In this document: piece by piece, positions 46,127 through 60,563 of the stretch
Position numbering within the stretch: the first letter of the stretch is position 1
How the letters are laid out: each line of letters begins with the position of its first letter
Source: Octopus vulgaris
Taxonomy: Eukaryota
Direction of reading: 5' to 3'
DNA length: 64,000 nt
NCBI GenBank assembly: GCA_951406725.2
Contig: OX597817.1
Coordinates: forward strand, 100,812,001-100,876,000
Made by a program: the position numbers and the translations under genes
Notes under the pieces: generated by a model
Database searches by the model: none
Told to the model about the DNA's origin: nothing
The model's input: only the letters and a program-made list of their open reading frames with translations

Positions 46127-48886
46127 CGTGTGGGTGCGCTACTGAGTAGCAACCTTTAAGTCCCCAGTGTAGTCAGAAAATATTTTAATCAATGAACAGA
46201 GCATTACAAGAAGCAGTGGAAGCAACATTTTCGGACATAGGCTTGCTCTTTTGTGCTTTTATTTATTTTAGTGGTTTTATCCGAAGAGTAAGAGCCGAAC
46301 CCATCATCCTTTTCAGGGTGTCCGAGATTGATGAGAGGAAGAAGGAAAGTTATACTCTGACAGGAGACGTGGCAAGGATACTAGCAACGGAATGGACTCT
46401 GCTAAAGGCAACAAGGGAACTAGTGACGATGATAAACTTCCTACAACGAACACACCCTCTAACAGGATCCTCATACTGTTTTCGTGTATCCAATTTCACA
46501 CACAAGACTGGTCAAACTGAGTATATAGTAGGATATTATTTACCCATGATATCATGCAGTCGAAAAGTGAACTTTAACCTCATTTCCATGACTTAAATTA
46601 ATAAAATTCAATCATAATCTGATTCACATGTGAATTTAACTAAAACTTTACTTTGAGGCACCAAATACTCCGAATAACATTTTAGATAGCTGAAAATTGG
46701 AATACTCTACCAATAATGTAATGCTATTTATTGGAGAATATATTGCAAATCTATTGAATTGCTGTTCTCAGGGAGATTCTTTTTCGTTCACCTAACCAAG
46801 ATTCTGCAAAGCAAATTCTGCTAATTAACGGAAATGATCATTATTTTCTTTGAAACTTATCAAGCAATAAGTATCCGGCTTCAAATTCAGGAAATATAAA
46901 TGATTATTGAAAATCGACCATATCACGATGCTAAAATGCACACTCCTGAGAATATTATCAAGTAACAAGTAGCTCTAAGAATATAATCTAATTTTAGATA
47001 TTTAGGAATTAATGTCAGTCGTTTTAGCGAATACTCCTCATGCATTATCGTAGGTCATTCTACATTCTTAATCTACGCTATATTGATAATACGCTATGTC
47101 GATAATATATTGATATATTATTGTTATAATAATATGACTCTTCATGAGTCATATTACGCATATCAAATAGCATATATCTGATTTCAAGATTATTTCTCAT
47201 AAGAATTAGTTGAGCATTAAGTCTTATTAATGATTTTTTTTTTTATTTATCTCTCCTAATAATTAGCTTTGGATTATTCTTCACCGTCTTTTAACATTTG
47301 TAATTTTATTTCTCGTTATTCAAGAAAGTGTTGCTATACTAAACATGCAGCCCATTTGTCACATATCCATTTCTGTTTTATTTCTCAATAAATAAAAATT
47401 TTAGACTAAAGCATTTTTTTCTGAAGGTAATATCACTGACTGAAAGTAATGAAACAAATCTGTGTCTATTCCTTTGAGGAATGGAATATTTAATACCATT
47501 TATATTCACCTAGCATTTAGACTGAATAATAGAAACAATCATTTCAACTCCAAGTGATACTCAGGTAAATATAATTAAAAAATTTATTGTTCTCCAGCAA
47601 CTACAACATATTTTAGATTTCAATTCGAAACTCAACGAAAAACGTATCTGAATAACTTGTGTTCACGTTTATCCATAACCTATCAAAGAACTGATCAATA
47701 CTAATATAGTAACAAACAGAAGAAAAGCTTACCTTTTCTACACTGTCCGAATTGAAGTGGCTTCTGTATACTTTAAAAACAAGTAAGTTCTTTAGACACC
47801 CTAAACAGTAAAATATTGGTGTTGAGTAAATAAGATATATCTCCATTCAACGAACTAGTACTTTTGTTCCAATAGAAATCACATTAGGTTGTAACAACCC
47901 AACAAATACTTACTTATACGTAATGAATTCGAAGTTCAAGTTGCCTCCCCCTTTCTTTCTCCTGCGTCCGATAAAACAAAGATCAGTTTCACACAAAGGT
48001 TAATTTAATTCATATATAAGATGTCATTGAAAATAATCTCGTGTCAACACGAGAAAGAATTCTCTTTGGATGCATAGAAAAATAAGTGGGTGTCCTTATC
48101 AAGGTTAAAATTTTAAAATTTGTATTTTAAGCTTCTTAGGTTAGGCTCAATTATTCAATCCTGCAAAAGCTGACGTTCATAAATTTATTCACCAGAGAAA
48201 GGTATTCATTCGGAATAATATATTCTAATGATGACATACATATCCTAATAAAGGTTGGATTCTTATATACTATGGCAACTTCTTCATGTTAGCATTTCTT
48301 AATTTGACAACGCATTGTTGTAGCAGACTATTGTGCGTGGTTCTTACTTGAATTTGACAGATTAAAGATTAACATAATACAAATCTCAGCACAGTAACTG
48401 CAGAATATTCATACATGCGTACACACGTGAACTTGTGTGTTTGTGTCTGTGTATGTGTGTGTGAGTATGTGTATGTGTGTATGTGTGTGTGTTTGTGCTT
48501 ATTCAGAATAATTCGTATCGTAGTGAAGTGAATGGGTGTCATAGAACTGGCAGCTATTCGAAATAATTTATTGTGATCAGTGTATAGAAATCTGCTAGAT
48601 GATTAATGAAAGACTGATTCGAATTTTTTGTGAGAAGCCAGGTGGTCATAATACCAGTGTGAGTGTGTGTCCGTGAGTTTGAGATGTATTCTTTCGATTT
48701 CTCCATCTTCGTTTCTAAGAAATAAGTAATACAACACACTGTACGATGAGCAAAGAGACTCAACATTTTAACCGCTTAATTTATGAACAGATGCGCCATA
48801 ATCACACTTGCCCGCTCTCTCTCGGTCACGTACACACACGCACACACATGCACACACACGCACTCATACAAGCAAGCATACATATG

Positions 48887-50398
48887 CAGGGTGTTCCAAA
48901 AATCTATTCGCAATCTAACAGCTGAAAAAATGAAATCATTTAGACTTAGCCCATTAGAAATAATGAAGGAAGTACAGGGAAATTTTTTTCCGAAAGCGCT
49001 ACTGGAAATTTGAGAACATAGTCTGATTGCAAAGACAATTTAGGAGGAAGCTTCACCTATGCGATTTATCATCACTCGAATTAAAGATAAGTTTGAAGCA
49101 GATGGACCTGTCCAGGATGATCACAAGAGACGTTGGGGGAGGCTTCGGACGAGCCCCTATATATATAGGGGCTACGAGCCCCAATATTAGAAACGTATTG
49201 CCAGAATTTGAGAAAATCTGTGCTATAAGCAAGTCGTTGCATAGAAATTTCAAAATCAAATATTCACTGTATTTCGAAACATTGTTATTGGAAATGTTCC
49301 ATTCCGAGACCAGTCCATAACTCTCAATGAAAAGTGGAGTTTTGAGATTGGTACTTGGTATGAAGAACATACACACTTTCCATCATTAATTGTTTGGAGT
49401 GTGGAAGAAACATTTGAATTCACTAACTCAATTAACCACTACAATTGCACCTACCGCATATTACGGAAGATTTAGCAGGATTACAGCATGGTGCACCTTA
49501 TCATCAAAATGATTAAATGGACAATTATTTTTTATGGTATTACTAGCAGTATCGCCCGGCGTTGCTCGGGTTTGTAAGGGAAATAACTATAAAGCATTTT
49601 TAGAGAGTTATAGCCAAAAAATGGAAAAAAATGATGGTAAATTTTTTTTAGTTAAAAAGGTCGAGTTGCGTCCCCATGACAGTCTGTGGCTTGTGTTTCT
49701 GATTCTCGACCCCATGTCGAATTTATCGATTTTTTTCAGAACTGGGGGAACTTTTCAAAATTTTCGCTGCGTTAGTTTTGAATTATGACATTGGGCTATG
49801 TGTGTGTCAAGTTTCATCAGAATCGGTTGAAAGCCGTGGTCAGGGTGAGGGTACAACCTAACAGACACACAGAAACACACACAGACAAACTGCCGTTTAT
49901 ATATAGAGAGAGATGACTTATATACTAAAATTACTGCGACAATCTGTAAAGCCAAGCATCCAAGAGGATTTTGAAGATGTGGAGTTTTATTTCCAGCACT
50001 GCCATAGTAATGTAGGGCCCTACCTTGAGATTTGGTCCGAAAGGTAGATTGGACGAAGAGGTTCAGTAGAATAATCTCTGCTGTCAGCAGTTACTACACC
50101 ACTAGACATTTTTATAGGTTAAATTTTACGGTACGAAATTACCAACTGTTGACGGGCTGAGGGCAGCCATAGGAAGAGAATGCACACAACACTAAACAGA
50201 ATATTTCTTGATAGCTGAGATTCGATAGCTTCGCGTTATCAGCAGTGGCTGTACCAGAGAAGTCATCATCTGAAAACAGGTGTGCATGATAAAAAAATTC
50301 TGTTTCTTGATTCTAATTACATTTTGAAAATGAAATGTATTTCAATAGATACAGACTTTAATCATTCAATATGTGTATGCAATTTTGTGAACACCCTG
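48887..50398 (+). mobile_element. Degraded Tc1/mariner-type DNA transposon (DUF4817-like transposase)
   Basis: TIR cagggtgttc / gaacaccctg; remnants YWKFEN, RIKDKFEADG, FYFQH, IGRRGSVE, TPLDIF. Confidence 0.75.
49543..49913 (-). mobile_element. Non-autonomous Helitron nested in the Tc1 element
   Basis: Minus strand starts A|TCTCTC..TATATAAA and ends hairpin cccgagcaacgccggg + 8 nt + CTAG|T; no TSD. Confidence 0.85.
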
Positions 50399-51049
50399 TT
50401 CATAGACATATACATGTGTCATTCTATGTATGTATTATTCAATTCTTTAAAATATAAAGATATACAGCAAGCTGACAAACCGAATTCATTTTTTGAAAGC
50501 AGAGCGCAATAAACAGTCAACACAACCTTTGGTATTATGGTGTATATTTTTGTTTGTGTAAAATTTTGTATTAATATACTGCTTTACTTTCTCAATATCA
50601 AATCCCTACCAAATTCCTTCTCAATACAAGCTCTGAAAGGAAAATATATTTTGGTATCAATATGATTTCTAAGGATTCTCTCGGTGCAAACTTTTACCAC
50701 AACTCAAAGACGGATCCTCTACACAATCGAACGAGTACGCAGAAATAGCAGTCAAATGTCTTTAAAAAGACAGGCACTACCGGAGATATTCACGACTGTA
50801 ATTCCTTTGCCCATTGAGGATTGATCTTGGACTAAACAGCTTCCTTCAAATTGATATTTTTCCATAAATATACACATTTAAAGCAACGATTGACTTTATT
50901 AGTAATATTTTACATTTAAAATTTTCAAAATTTCACATACATTTTCTAATACTTCGACTATATTTAGTGTGGAACTCTTCGTTGGAGAATATTTACGGCC
51001 CAACTTAAGCAAATCTTATACATTTTGAAAGCGAACGTATATATATATA

Positions 51050-51760
51050 TTAATTTAGAGGTAGTAGGCCCCTACAGCTCACCATATAAAAATGACTTTT
51101 ATTTTTATTTTAAATACCTACTGTTTTATTACTTGGCAACACGTGTTTCATGAGGTACATCCTCGGGTTCCTAAACCACTATGTTAATAATATGTTAATA
51201 ATATATAAAAAAAATATAAAAAATGTGAATATTCTTTTATATTTTTATATTTTTTTATATTTTTATATTTATATATTTTATATATTTTTTTATATATTAT
51301 TAATATAGTTTTAGTAAATTTTCGCATAATTTTTTTAGCTGCTTTATTCCTTACTTTATTTGTGTAACTTATTTTTGTAACTTTTTATCTTTATTTGAAT
51401 TTTTATCTGAATTATGGCTTGTACAGTAGAGTCCAGTGAAACTAATTTAAACATACCTATTTATAAAATTAAAATATAGTTTATTGTACTGAACGTTGAT
51501 AAAGTGATATAAGGGCCTGATGATTGGGGTTACATTTTAAGAAGGGTACCAGGAAAACACGGAGTGGTTCAGGAACCCGAGGTTGTACCTCATGAAACAC
51601 GTGTTGCCAAGTAATAAAACAGTAGGTATTTAAAATAAAAATAAAAATTCTTTTTATATGGAGAGATGTAGGGGCCTACTACCTCTAAATTAAAATATAT
51701 TTCTTCATTGAGAATAATTTGAAGCTCTATTATGCCGGAATTTTTATTCCCTAAAAAATA
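51050..51760 (+). mobile_element. Penelope-like element remnant: pseudo-LTR with inverted partial copy
   Basis: 131-bp inverted arms 51050-51180 / 51563-51693, hammerhead-like motif, AATAAA at 51613, (TA)n on both flanks. Confidence 0.7.
51514..51608 (+). ncRNA. Type I hammerhead ribozyme-like motif (long stem II, palindromic stem III)
   Basis: GGC-CTGATGA-[tggggttaca...tgtacctca]-GAAA-CACGTG-TT-GCC. Confidence 0.55.
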
Positions 51761-51784
51761 ATATTTATATATATATATATATAA

Positions 51785-51852
<68 letters not shown>

Positions 51853-51863
51853 ATGTATGTATG

Positions 51864-51938
<75 letters not shown>

Positions 51939-51941
51939 ATA

Positions 51942-51974
<33 letters not shown>

Positions 51975-51984
51975 ATATATATAG

Positions 51985-52730
51985 GTGATATTAGTTTTGT
52001 GAGAACTAATTTTATGTCCGTCCTCGATAATGTGTTGCTGTTGAACTATGAACAAGCAATACTTCAATTATTAAATAAGATTCTGCAACTGAATCTCTGT
52101 AAAGTGCCAATTTGGCATTTAAATGGATGTGTCAATCTGCAATTTTGCTTTTCACACGAAAGCCTTTTGGCTGAGTCTTCCGGGAAACAAAAATTTTGGT
52201 CTAAATGAAAACTAGTTAAGACATCTGGTGGAAAGGAACTCCCGAATGCAGTTTGACAAGTAGCACACTCTGCAATATCTCCTATGACTACTTCTCATAA
52301 TTTGTGTGGTGTCGGAAAAGTGAAAAGGTTGAATAAACGGTCTCCATATATTAGAAACTGCAACGCCTAAAAAGATTTGCATAATGATGTTACTCTGTAA
52401 AAAATATGGATATTTTTGCATAGCACCATTACTTTTGACCGGAAATGGATTTTCTTTCGTAATAATAAATCGTCTGGCAATGGTTAGATGCAGATAAATC
52501 TCCAAAATAATTTCCAAGAAACCATTGCACAACCCCCACGAGGTGTTTTGCAATAGGCATACCCATTCTAAACTCTGTTTCTTCGCAATGAAAAATATTA
52601 AAACGAAAAGATGAAGTCGCTTCTAAAATCACTATTCGGATATTAACAGACCCAGCAATGAATTTTGTTTTGCACTAATATTATTCATTGGACATCACCA
52701 CAAATGATTATCACCGTTTGAAACATGTAG
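51985..52730 (+). mobile_element. Highly degraded mariner remnant
   Basis: KWIFFRNN, QWLDADKSPK, YSLDITTNDYH (cf. YSPDLAPSDYHLF). Confidence 0.5.
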
Positions 52731-52939
52731 AACTGTGTATATGTATATATAAGATTTGCAAATCAAGGAGCCTTACTCGAAGCTTTGGGGGAAGACCATA
52801 ATTTAACAAGCAACGAATGTATTTTTAAAATAACAATATCTCATATATGACGTTGATAAAAAATTGAATATACTGGAACATATTTTAACAATTATACAGA
52901 CACAAGCATATACTGACTCAAACTCATGCATACATACAT

Positions 52940-52995
<56 letters not shown>

Positions 52996-53074
52996 GCATG
53001 CACGCATATACATATACATACACACACATACAAATACACACGCACTCAAACATACACACACACGCACACAAATC

Positions 53075-54910
53075 TACATTATGTACTTTTCTTAATTCTA
53101 TTGACAGCTGTGGGCTTTTGAAGTTCAAGCTATTGCAGTACCTGGTTTTCGCTTTGGATGGAGTGGACGGTATGCATTTTACTACACAATGGCGTCCAGT
53201 ATGGACATTTGTGTAACTCTTGATGCCAAAGTTAGGCACTCGCCCTTCCAGAATTTTCCACAACTAAAATATTACATAACTTTCGTATATTCGCTCCTGG
53301 GGGTAAAGTCATAGTATTTTCAGCCTCTTCCTGTAGTTTATCTGCTGCACTGTGACAATCATTTTAGTATAATAGTGTTGGATTGCTCCAAGTTCCTCTG
53401 ATGGTATGAGACTATGCTGTTACCACAACTTAAAGCAGTAGTCCAAAATCGATATGACTTCTTGGTCTCCTTTCCTGAAGGATTTTAGTATCTATGCTGC
53501 TAATTGTCTACACTTAGTTGCTATTTTTGTAATGAGCACTTGAAACGATGCATCATTACACATACTGATCCTGAAACCTCTCACTGACTGTGACTCCATG
53601 AATGCAGTACTTTCCCTTCCTATATATGCAGGCTGTGGTGCAGTTGTGGGCTGAGAACGAAATGCTTGAACTTTTCCGGCATTAAATTGCATTTCGTTTT
53701 GTTCAGCCTACTACGTTGCATTTATGCTCTGCTGCAAGCTTGCAACAACGTCAGGATTATTTATTGCATGTGGTAATTTTGTATCGTCGGCCAGTGTAGC
53801 TAGTGACAGTGGTTGTCTGAGTGACAATAATGGCCCCAAGGCAGTTCTATGGGGGACCCACTTAGAACTTAGAAAGGGGACCATTGGCTACAACTGCTTG
53901 ACTTCTATCACATAAAAAGTCATATAATCGCTCTCCTCGTTTACCAGTTCTACCAAGATCTCGCAGCTTGTGACATATCATGCCATAATCTACTTGCGAA
54001 AGGCCTTTGCAAAGTCAAGATATACCACATCGATATTTGAAATGTCGAGTAGCTGTTTCAAGACCAAATCATAGTGCCGTAAGAGCTATGAGAAGCAACC
54101 ACCTTCCGAATGGAAATAATTTCCAACTGGCGATTCGTCCCATATCTTTGCTGATATATGGTGTCAGAGAGATGGACCTGTAGTTATTAGTCTCTGATGT
54201 GCTCCTGGTTTTATGGAAGAGTATCTGAAGTGGTTTCGCTAAAGCCTGCTTACATGACTTCAAGAGAATAGCTGGGAAACCATTGGGGTCAGTTGCAAAG
54301 TTTATGCTCATTTCATCTGTGACTAGTGATACATTTCTCTCTTCAATGTCAATGTAATCGATTGTTGCCGCCTTCCTCTCCAGAGCTGTAATGTGAAAGA
54401 ATTCAGCCTGATTATTTACTTGCATGTGTCTCAATGGGAAGGTGAAGATACTTTTAAATTCTGTTCTGTGCACATCAATTATCCTTTTGAGGTCCGCGTC
54501 CAGTGAGCCATTTCTTTGGAACAATGGCCCTATTTGTACTGTACTTTGGTTGATTACTTTGCAAATCTATGCATAGCTTTAGGGTTCTATTTTTATGCTT
54601 TCTACAGACACTTTCTCAACACTTTCTTTTTCATGGGAGAGTTTGACTCTGCTTCAATTTCCAGGAGTGTCCGTTATAAATTAGACTTTCCGCCATCCTT
54701 CTCATGCACACTCAACGGATTTGAAACCTTTGCTCTGCGTCTTATCAGAATTTTCCTGATTGGGGGATCTTATGTACGTTTATGCTGGCTTGCACTGTAG
54801 ACATAAACTGATTGAATTTTAAGTCGTTGTCTTGCATAGACAGATTGTTGGGCCAGTTTATTTGTGGATCTCTGCAGATTGATTTCCAGTTTTCTTTATG
54901 GAAATTCAGT
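53075..54910 (-). mobile_element. CR1-like LINE remnant (RT and 3' end)
   Basis: NYRSISLT, DVVYLDFAKAF, VPHRTALGPLL, LADDTKL, MQFNAGK, MWKILEGRVPN. Confidence 0.88.
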
Positions 54911-54929
54911 TTGGATATACACATACATT

Positions 54930-54969
<40 letters not shown>

Positions 54970-56116
54970 GCGCGCGCGCACGCACACACATACACACATT
55001 CCCATACATACACGCACATACATAACTACCTGACAACCTAAAATACTAGGTGCTGCCTGCTTAGAAGTCTTAGAAAATTAAATCCCTTCGAAGAAAGAAA
55101 TGAAAATGAGTTGTACTCTTCATTGGGAAAGGAATGAAAGAAACCACAGCTGTCAAGTACATGTCCTGTAACTTTGAAAGCGATCACGTAACGTCTTAAA
55201 TGGATGATATTAACTATAAATAATGTTTCTCGAGTACACAGTTAACAGCCCAAATGATTTAAAAAAGAAAACTGGTCGTTCTCACTAGTTGGACCAGTTT
55301 TCTTTTCTCATCAGCTGCAGTTTAAAGGATCTGGAGGCACTGACAACTAACTTCGATAAACTTTACCTTCTGAGAACTACTCTATAGCGTTCTCTTTTAC
55401 CGCATTTCTGCTTTACGCATTGTGCATAGTTTTGACGTGTAATCAATGGAGACAGTTTCATAGCCATATGTTGCGTCTTATGGTTATGAAACTACCCTAG
55501 ATCATTTCGCTAATGAATTGTACTGTTATTTGGTGAGCATGTCTTATTTTATTTAATTGAAAGCGTTATTGCCTTTCAGACTAAGATTCCTGCTAAGAAT
55601 AGTTCGCTTTACGCATTCTATGCAATTCAAGCCTTTAATATTTCTGTTCTAGTATTTCTTGTCGTTGGCAGTGCTCTCCGCGCATTTTGTTTTCTTCAAG
55701 GCTTTATTGTCTTTGTTCTAGGTTATGTAGTTTGTTGCCATTAGATAACATCAGGATGAGAGAGTTATATGTTTTTTTTTTCTCAAATCATCATTTGACA
55801 AGCTGCGACATTGATCAGAAATACTGGGAATAATTCTACGGTGATTTGCGAATAGATGATAGTTACAATGTTCAAATTATTAATCATGTGATTAGTCATG
55901 GGGGAAAGACAAGTGGCATTTGTAACATTGAAAGAGAAAATGTTTAGGATTTAAAAAAATGCATTAAGATTGAAATTATGAAAATGTAAATTTCCATATA
56001 ATAACAGAAATATTTCAAAATGTTAACTATTTCAATAAATAAATATATAGAGGCGATTGCAGAGGCACAATCATATGCCGCAGAAATATATACACACGAT
56101 ATGTGATTGTTTACGA

Positions 56117-56246
<130 letters not shown>

Positions 56247-57699
56247 TTTGATGCAAATAAGTGTCTCATTATAGGAGCCGTGATTATGATAAGCGACTTC
56301 CGTTGTGTATGATGTCTATCGGTTCTTTGGAGTGAACGACCGACAAACACGTCTTCTGTTCGGTTAGAAATAGTAAAGCTTGTTGTTATTGTCTGTGTGA
56401 GTTTGTAAGATAGTATACATTAGTTTCGTTTTACTGTTACGAATAAATTGATAATCTTACATATAGCAAAACCAAAATGAAATAATTTGCGACTGAAAAC
56501 TTTCTCGTTTGGGTTCACTATCATTTTGTCCGTGTGTGTCCGGAACAAAGATTAATGATTTGTATAATTAGAGAGAGAGAGAGAGAGGGGGGAGAGAGAC
56601 AGAGAGAGAGAGAGAAAGAGAGAGCGAAAGAGAGAGAGAGAGAGAAAACAGAAAGGAAAAATAATTGTTTCTAATTTAGGCACATGGCTAGCAATTTTAA
56701 GAAGAAGGGTTTAGTCGATTATATCACCTCCAGTACTAGTAGAATAACAAAAGCAACAATATTCTGTATTAAAGAATTTCTTTAGTTATTTTTATAGCAA
56801 AGCATTACAGCTTATAAAATTTGTACAAATTTCATAAAATGCTTCACTTTATAAAATGTCTATGGAGGATGTTCGTATTTTAGGAGACAAGAAATATCTT
56901 TTATTTGATTATGGAGATGTCTTTGTTTGGTTTTAGGATTAGCTTGTCCTCGTTATAGAAAAATAATAGATTACAATTTACTTAGATTTTTCATTCATCT
57001 CATTACTCATGCCAACGGTACAGAAACTGAGACTTATAAGTCTCAACTCCTCAAATAAAACTGTTCCAACTCCTACAATACAGAGCCATCTCAAACGCTC
57101 TTGATATCTTCCCTATCCCACTGACAAACTCTCCAGACCATTACTGTTCCTGCGCCTATCGGGTCGTCCAACTAACCAACACATATACTACACAATGTCC
57201 CCTACTACAGTCTCCATAGCAATTTAAATTAGACGACTTATTGGAGCTCCACCAGTTTTATACTAACTATTCCTGAAATCAAACGTTTCATTCTTGACTC
57301 ATCAGAAACAGTTAACGGCGGCTGAAACCACATATCTACTGGCAATATACTGTTTGTCACTTAGGTGATAGTCTCCCATCAGTAGAAAATCATCTAAAAG
57401 TAATTTAGTGAACGCAATATTGTTATTCCTGACATCAGTAACATTTTTGTTTATATCTAATTAGGAAAATTTTCCGTCAAAACTTTCGGTCTATGAGGCT
57501 AATTAGTCTCTAAATTCTTGAATCGGGAACTTCCTATCAGATCGTACAACTGTAGTATGTGCCAGCAGGGTATTGTCTCTCTTCAACACTCTTCAACAGC
57601 TCTGTCACAACACTCTTCTTACTATATTTTCTTTCTACTCGTCGTTACACCCGACATCACCGACTCTTACGCCTTGGTCGACTCTTCAGTATCTTCTAA

Positions 57700-58370
57700 C
57701 CCTCCCATGTACATCTTGCACTGATTCTATGGACAGAGACCATGAAAACGTCGTCTAGTACTGTCATATCAATACGAAAAAAATGCATGCACACAAACAA
57801 GTTCCGTTCATAGAAGGAAAACACAATCTCACCTCATTCCCTTAAGGCTAAATGGCACGCAACTAGAACCCTTGAAAGCACTCCAAATTGTAGGTCTTTC
57901 TATCACTGAGAATTTCCTCTGGCGAAAACATCCTCAACTGTATCCCAAGACTAACCCTTCAGGACAAGAAAACAATTCTGCACACAATTTCTGACACCGC
58001 AAAGCTCAAATTAAATTTTCAATGGAATGTTTTCTCTACATCTAGGACGGTGCTGCGTCTCTCAAAGATATTCTGAATTACAATTAGACAACAGCCATTC
58101 GACTAATTGGCATACAAACTATCACAGATACACTCTGACCTCTGACCCACTGGCATAATTCGTTTTCTCTGCCTTTTCTGCCGCTTCTACAATGATCCCT
58201 GTTCCTTGGCGTTGACAGGTCTTGTACCACTTACAGTCATGTACTCTCGATCCACTTCCATTTTTATATTCAAGTTTTCAAGCTAGGAACTAGCCACTAC
58301 ATTCAGTCCTTCCTCTAGAATCTCCACCCTGCTTAAAGCACAACATTAATGACATCAATCTCACCATTGT
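57700..58370 (+). mobile_element. Degraded CR1/Jockey-group LINE 3' end
   Basis: ITENFLWRKH, KAQIKFSMEC..HI*DG (cf. KAQIRPxMEYCSHIW). Confidence 0.5.
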
Positions 58371-59244
58371 CGGAAGGCCTGCGAAGGGTATTGACACATT
58401 TTTCCTCTGGTCATAACAAGTGAAAGCAGAAAATTTTCAACATATGCTGGATCTTCAGTTTATCATTGATATTATGTCTCATTCTGGATAATACTGACCG
58501 ATACAAAATAAATTATTTGGAATTCGTTTTATGTGTGATGTCATTGATTTTTCATTTTCCGTGTCTCTCAGCAATCTTTGTTATTTCCTCATTCTGTCGA
58601 TATCAGTTATCAAGAGATACAGATATTTCGATTTAGAATTTTTATATTCTTATCTCATATGGAACAACCGCTGGATTTCATAAGAAGAGATCACATCGCA
58701 ATGCAGATCAATTTCGAGATAGATAATCTATGTGAAAGATAATATTTGTGAAAGAACAGACAGTCTATTTCAAAGTAATTTAAAATATGTAACGATTTAT
58801 GCAAAACAGGACCGCGTTATCTAGAAATAGAAGTGCAAGACATTTTTAATAAAAAAAAAATATTCGTCAGAAATGGAGACAGCTTCATAGTTTACAGTTA
58901 AATATATGGTTACCTACCGAAATAGGAAATGAGCTATACAGGAATAAAATACAATCGTGTCGTGATAGACGCTAATGCGAAAATAACTGATAGGAGTATA
59001 TAAGATCTCTCTCAGGGTCTGAATATTTAACATTGCATGATTTTGCACTGATCATATCAATAGCTGCAATATACCAGTTGAATTATTGCAGTACAAGCCA
59101 ACAAAAGCTATAATAGGGTTGTCATTCTACTGAGATATATTTAGCAAACTTCGTGAAAACGTGTTTGCTTATATCAACACCACATACATACAAACATACA
59201 TATATATTTATATATACATATATATATACATATACATACACACA

Positions 59245-59278
<34 letters not shown>

Positions 59279-59294
59279 TACATACACCCACGCA

Positions 59295-59328
<34 letters not shown>

Positions 59329-60034
59329 AATATCTAAACACAAATGTTTCAACATAATAGATCAGCATAAAAGCAGAGATAGACACATAGAAACTATTAA
59401 ACAATCACTATCATCGAATTTCGGATGCCTAGCATCGTAAAACAAGCATCAGAATTCATGGAAATTCAACAGAATGTTGCAGCTTACTACCATCTCTGCT
59501 TGTCCAACATTTGTATCTCGACTAGGTTACACCATTAAGAATTCACAATAAAACTACTGGTGCAGAATGTACATGGTGGGGGTCACCAGGAACATAAATC
59601 TCTCAGTTGCATTTGTCGTACCAGAATGTACGGTATGCCGACTGAGATGCTGGCCTCCACTGGACAACTAGTCATTTCAACAATCAAAAATACAATATAT
59701 ACATAAAATTTAATTGGAGGACGTGTTAACCTCGTGAAAGAATGGTTACATCCAAGGAAATACTGGTTCAATACCTAGTACTGTTGGGGGAATGAAATTC
59801 CTTTAAAACAATAGGTATATATTAAGCATATAGTTTATATCCAGTTAAAAGAAGAAAAGAAAATGGAGGTAAGGAAGTTAACAATTATTTATTGTTAACA
59901 AATTGGTCATCTTTGATTCTCACAGCCGTTTCAATTAATACTCAATAATTTAATTACATATTTGTACGTTAAACTTGCATTTGTTAAATCCATTTTCTTT
60001 TTTCTTTGAACTATATATATATATATATATGTGT

Positions 60035-60087
<53 letters not shown>

Positions 60088-60092
<5 letters not shown>

Positions 60093-60340
60093 AGGCGCTT
60101 GGCTTTGTGGTTAGGGTGTCAGCATCATAATCATAAGATTGTGGTCTCGATTCCTGGCCCGGGCGACGCGTTGTGTTCTTGGGCAAGACACTACCTTTCA
60201 CGTTGCTCCAGTCCACTCAGCTGGCAAAAATTAGTAACGTTGCGATGGACTGGGGTCTCGTCCAGCTGCGGAACACACGCCATTGAAACCGGGAAACCGG
60301 GCCCATGAGCCTGGCTAGGCTTTAAATGGGCGCATTTATT
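60088..60340 (+). mobile_element. tRNA-derived SINE family D
   Basis: A-box-like tggctttgtgg, B-box-like tctcgattcc, CORE-like tgtgttcttgggcaagacact, V-domain-like tgcgatggactgg. Confidence 0.8.
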
Positions 60341-60349
60341 TATATTATC

Positions 60350-60411
<62 letters not shown>

Positions 60412-60523
60412 TAAAAAGTGAAAAAACTACAGAAGGCTTGTTTTAAAAGGTTAAAAATTATATATTTGAGTCAATATGTCTGAAGAATGTTATAAATTTT
60501 TTTCATACAATGATATAGTATAG

Positions 60524-60563
60524 AAGAAATAACCGGTTTCGCGTACAGCTTTTCAAATTTCTT
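60524..60563 (-). ncRNA. Minimal type I hammerhead ribozyme motif with U3-A8 core
   Basis: AAGAAAT-TTGAAAA-GC tgtac GC-GAAA-CCGG-TT-ATTTCTT; perfect 7-bp stem I. Confidence 0.7.

Noticed and set aside
47130-47156. 11-bp perfect hairpin taatatgactc/gagtcatatta
   Set aside because: Short, AT-rich, with no supporting context
55263-55306. 15-bp inverted repeat resembling a bacterial terminator
   Set aside because: Eukaryotic context; isolated and largely A/T runs
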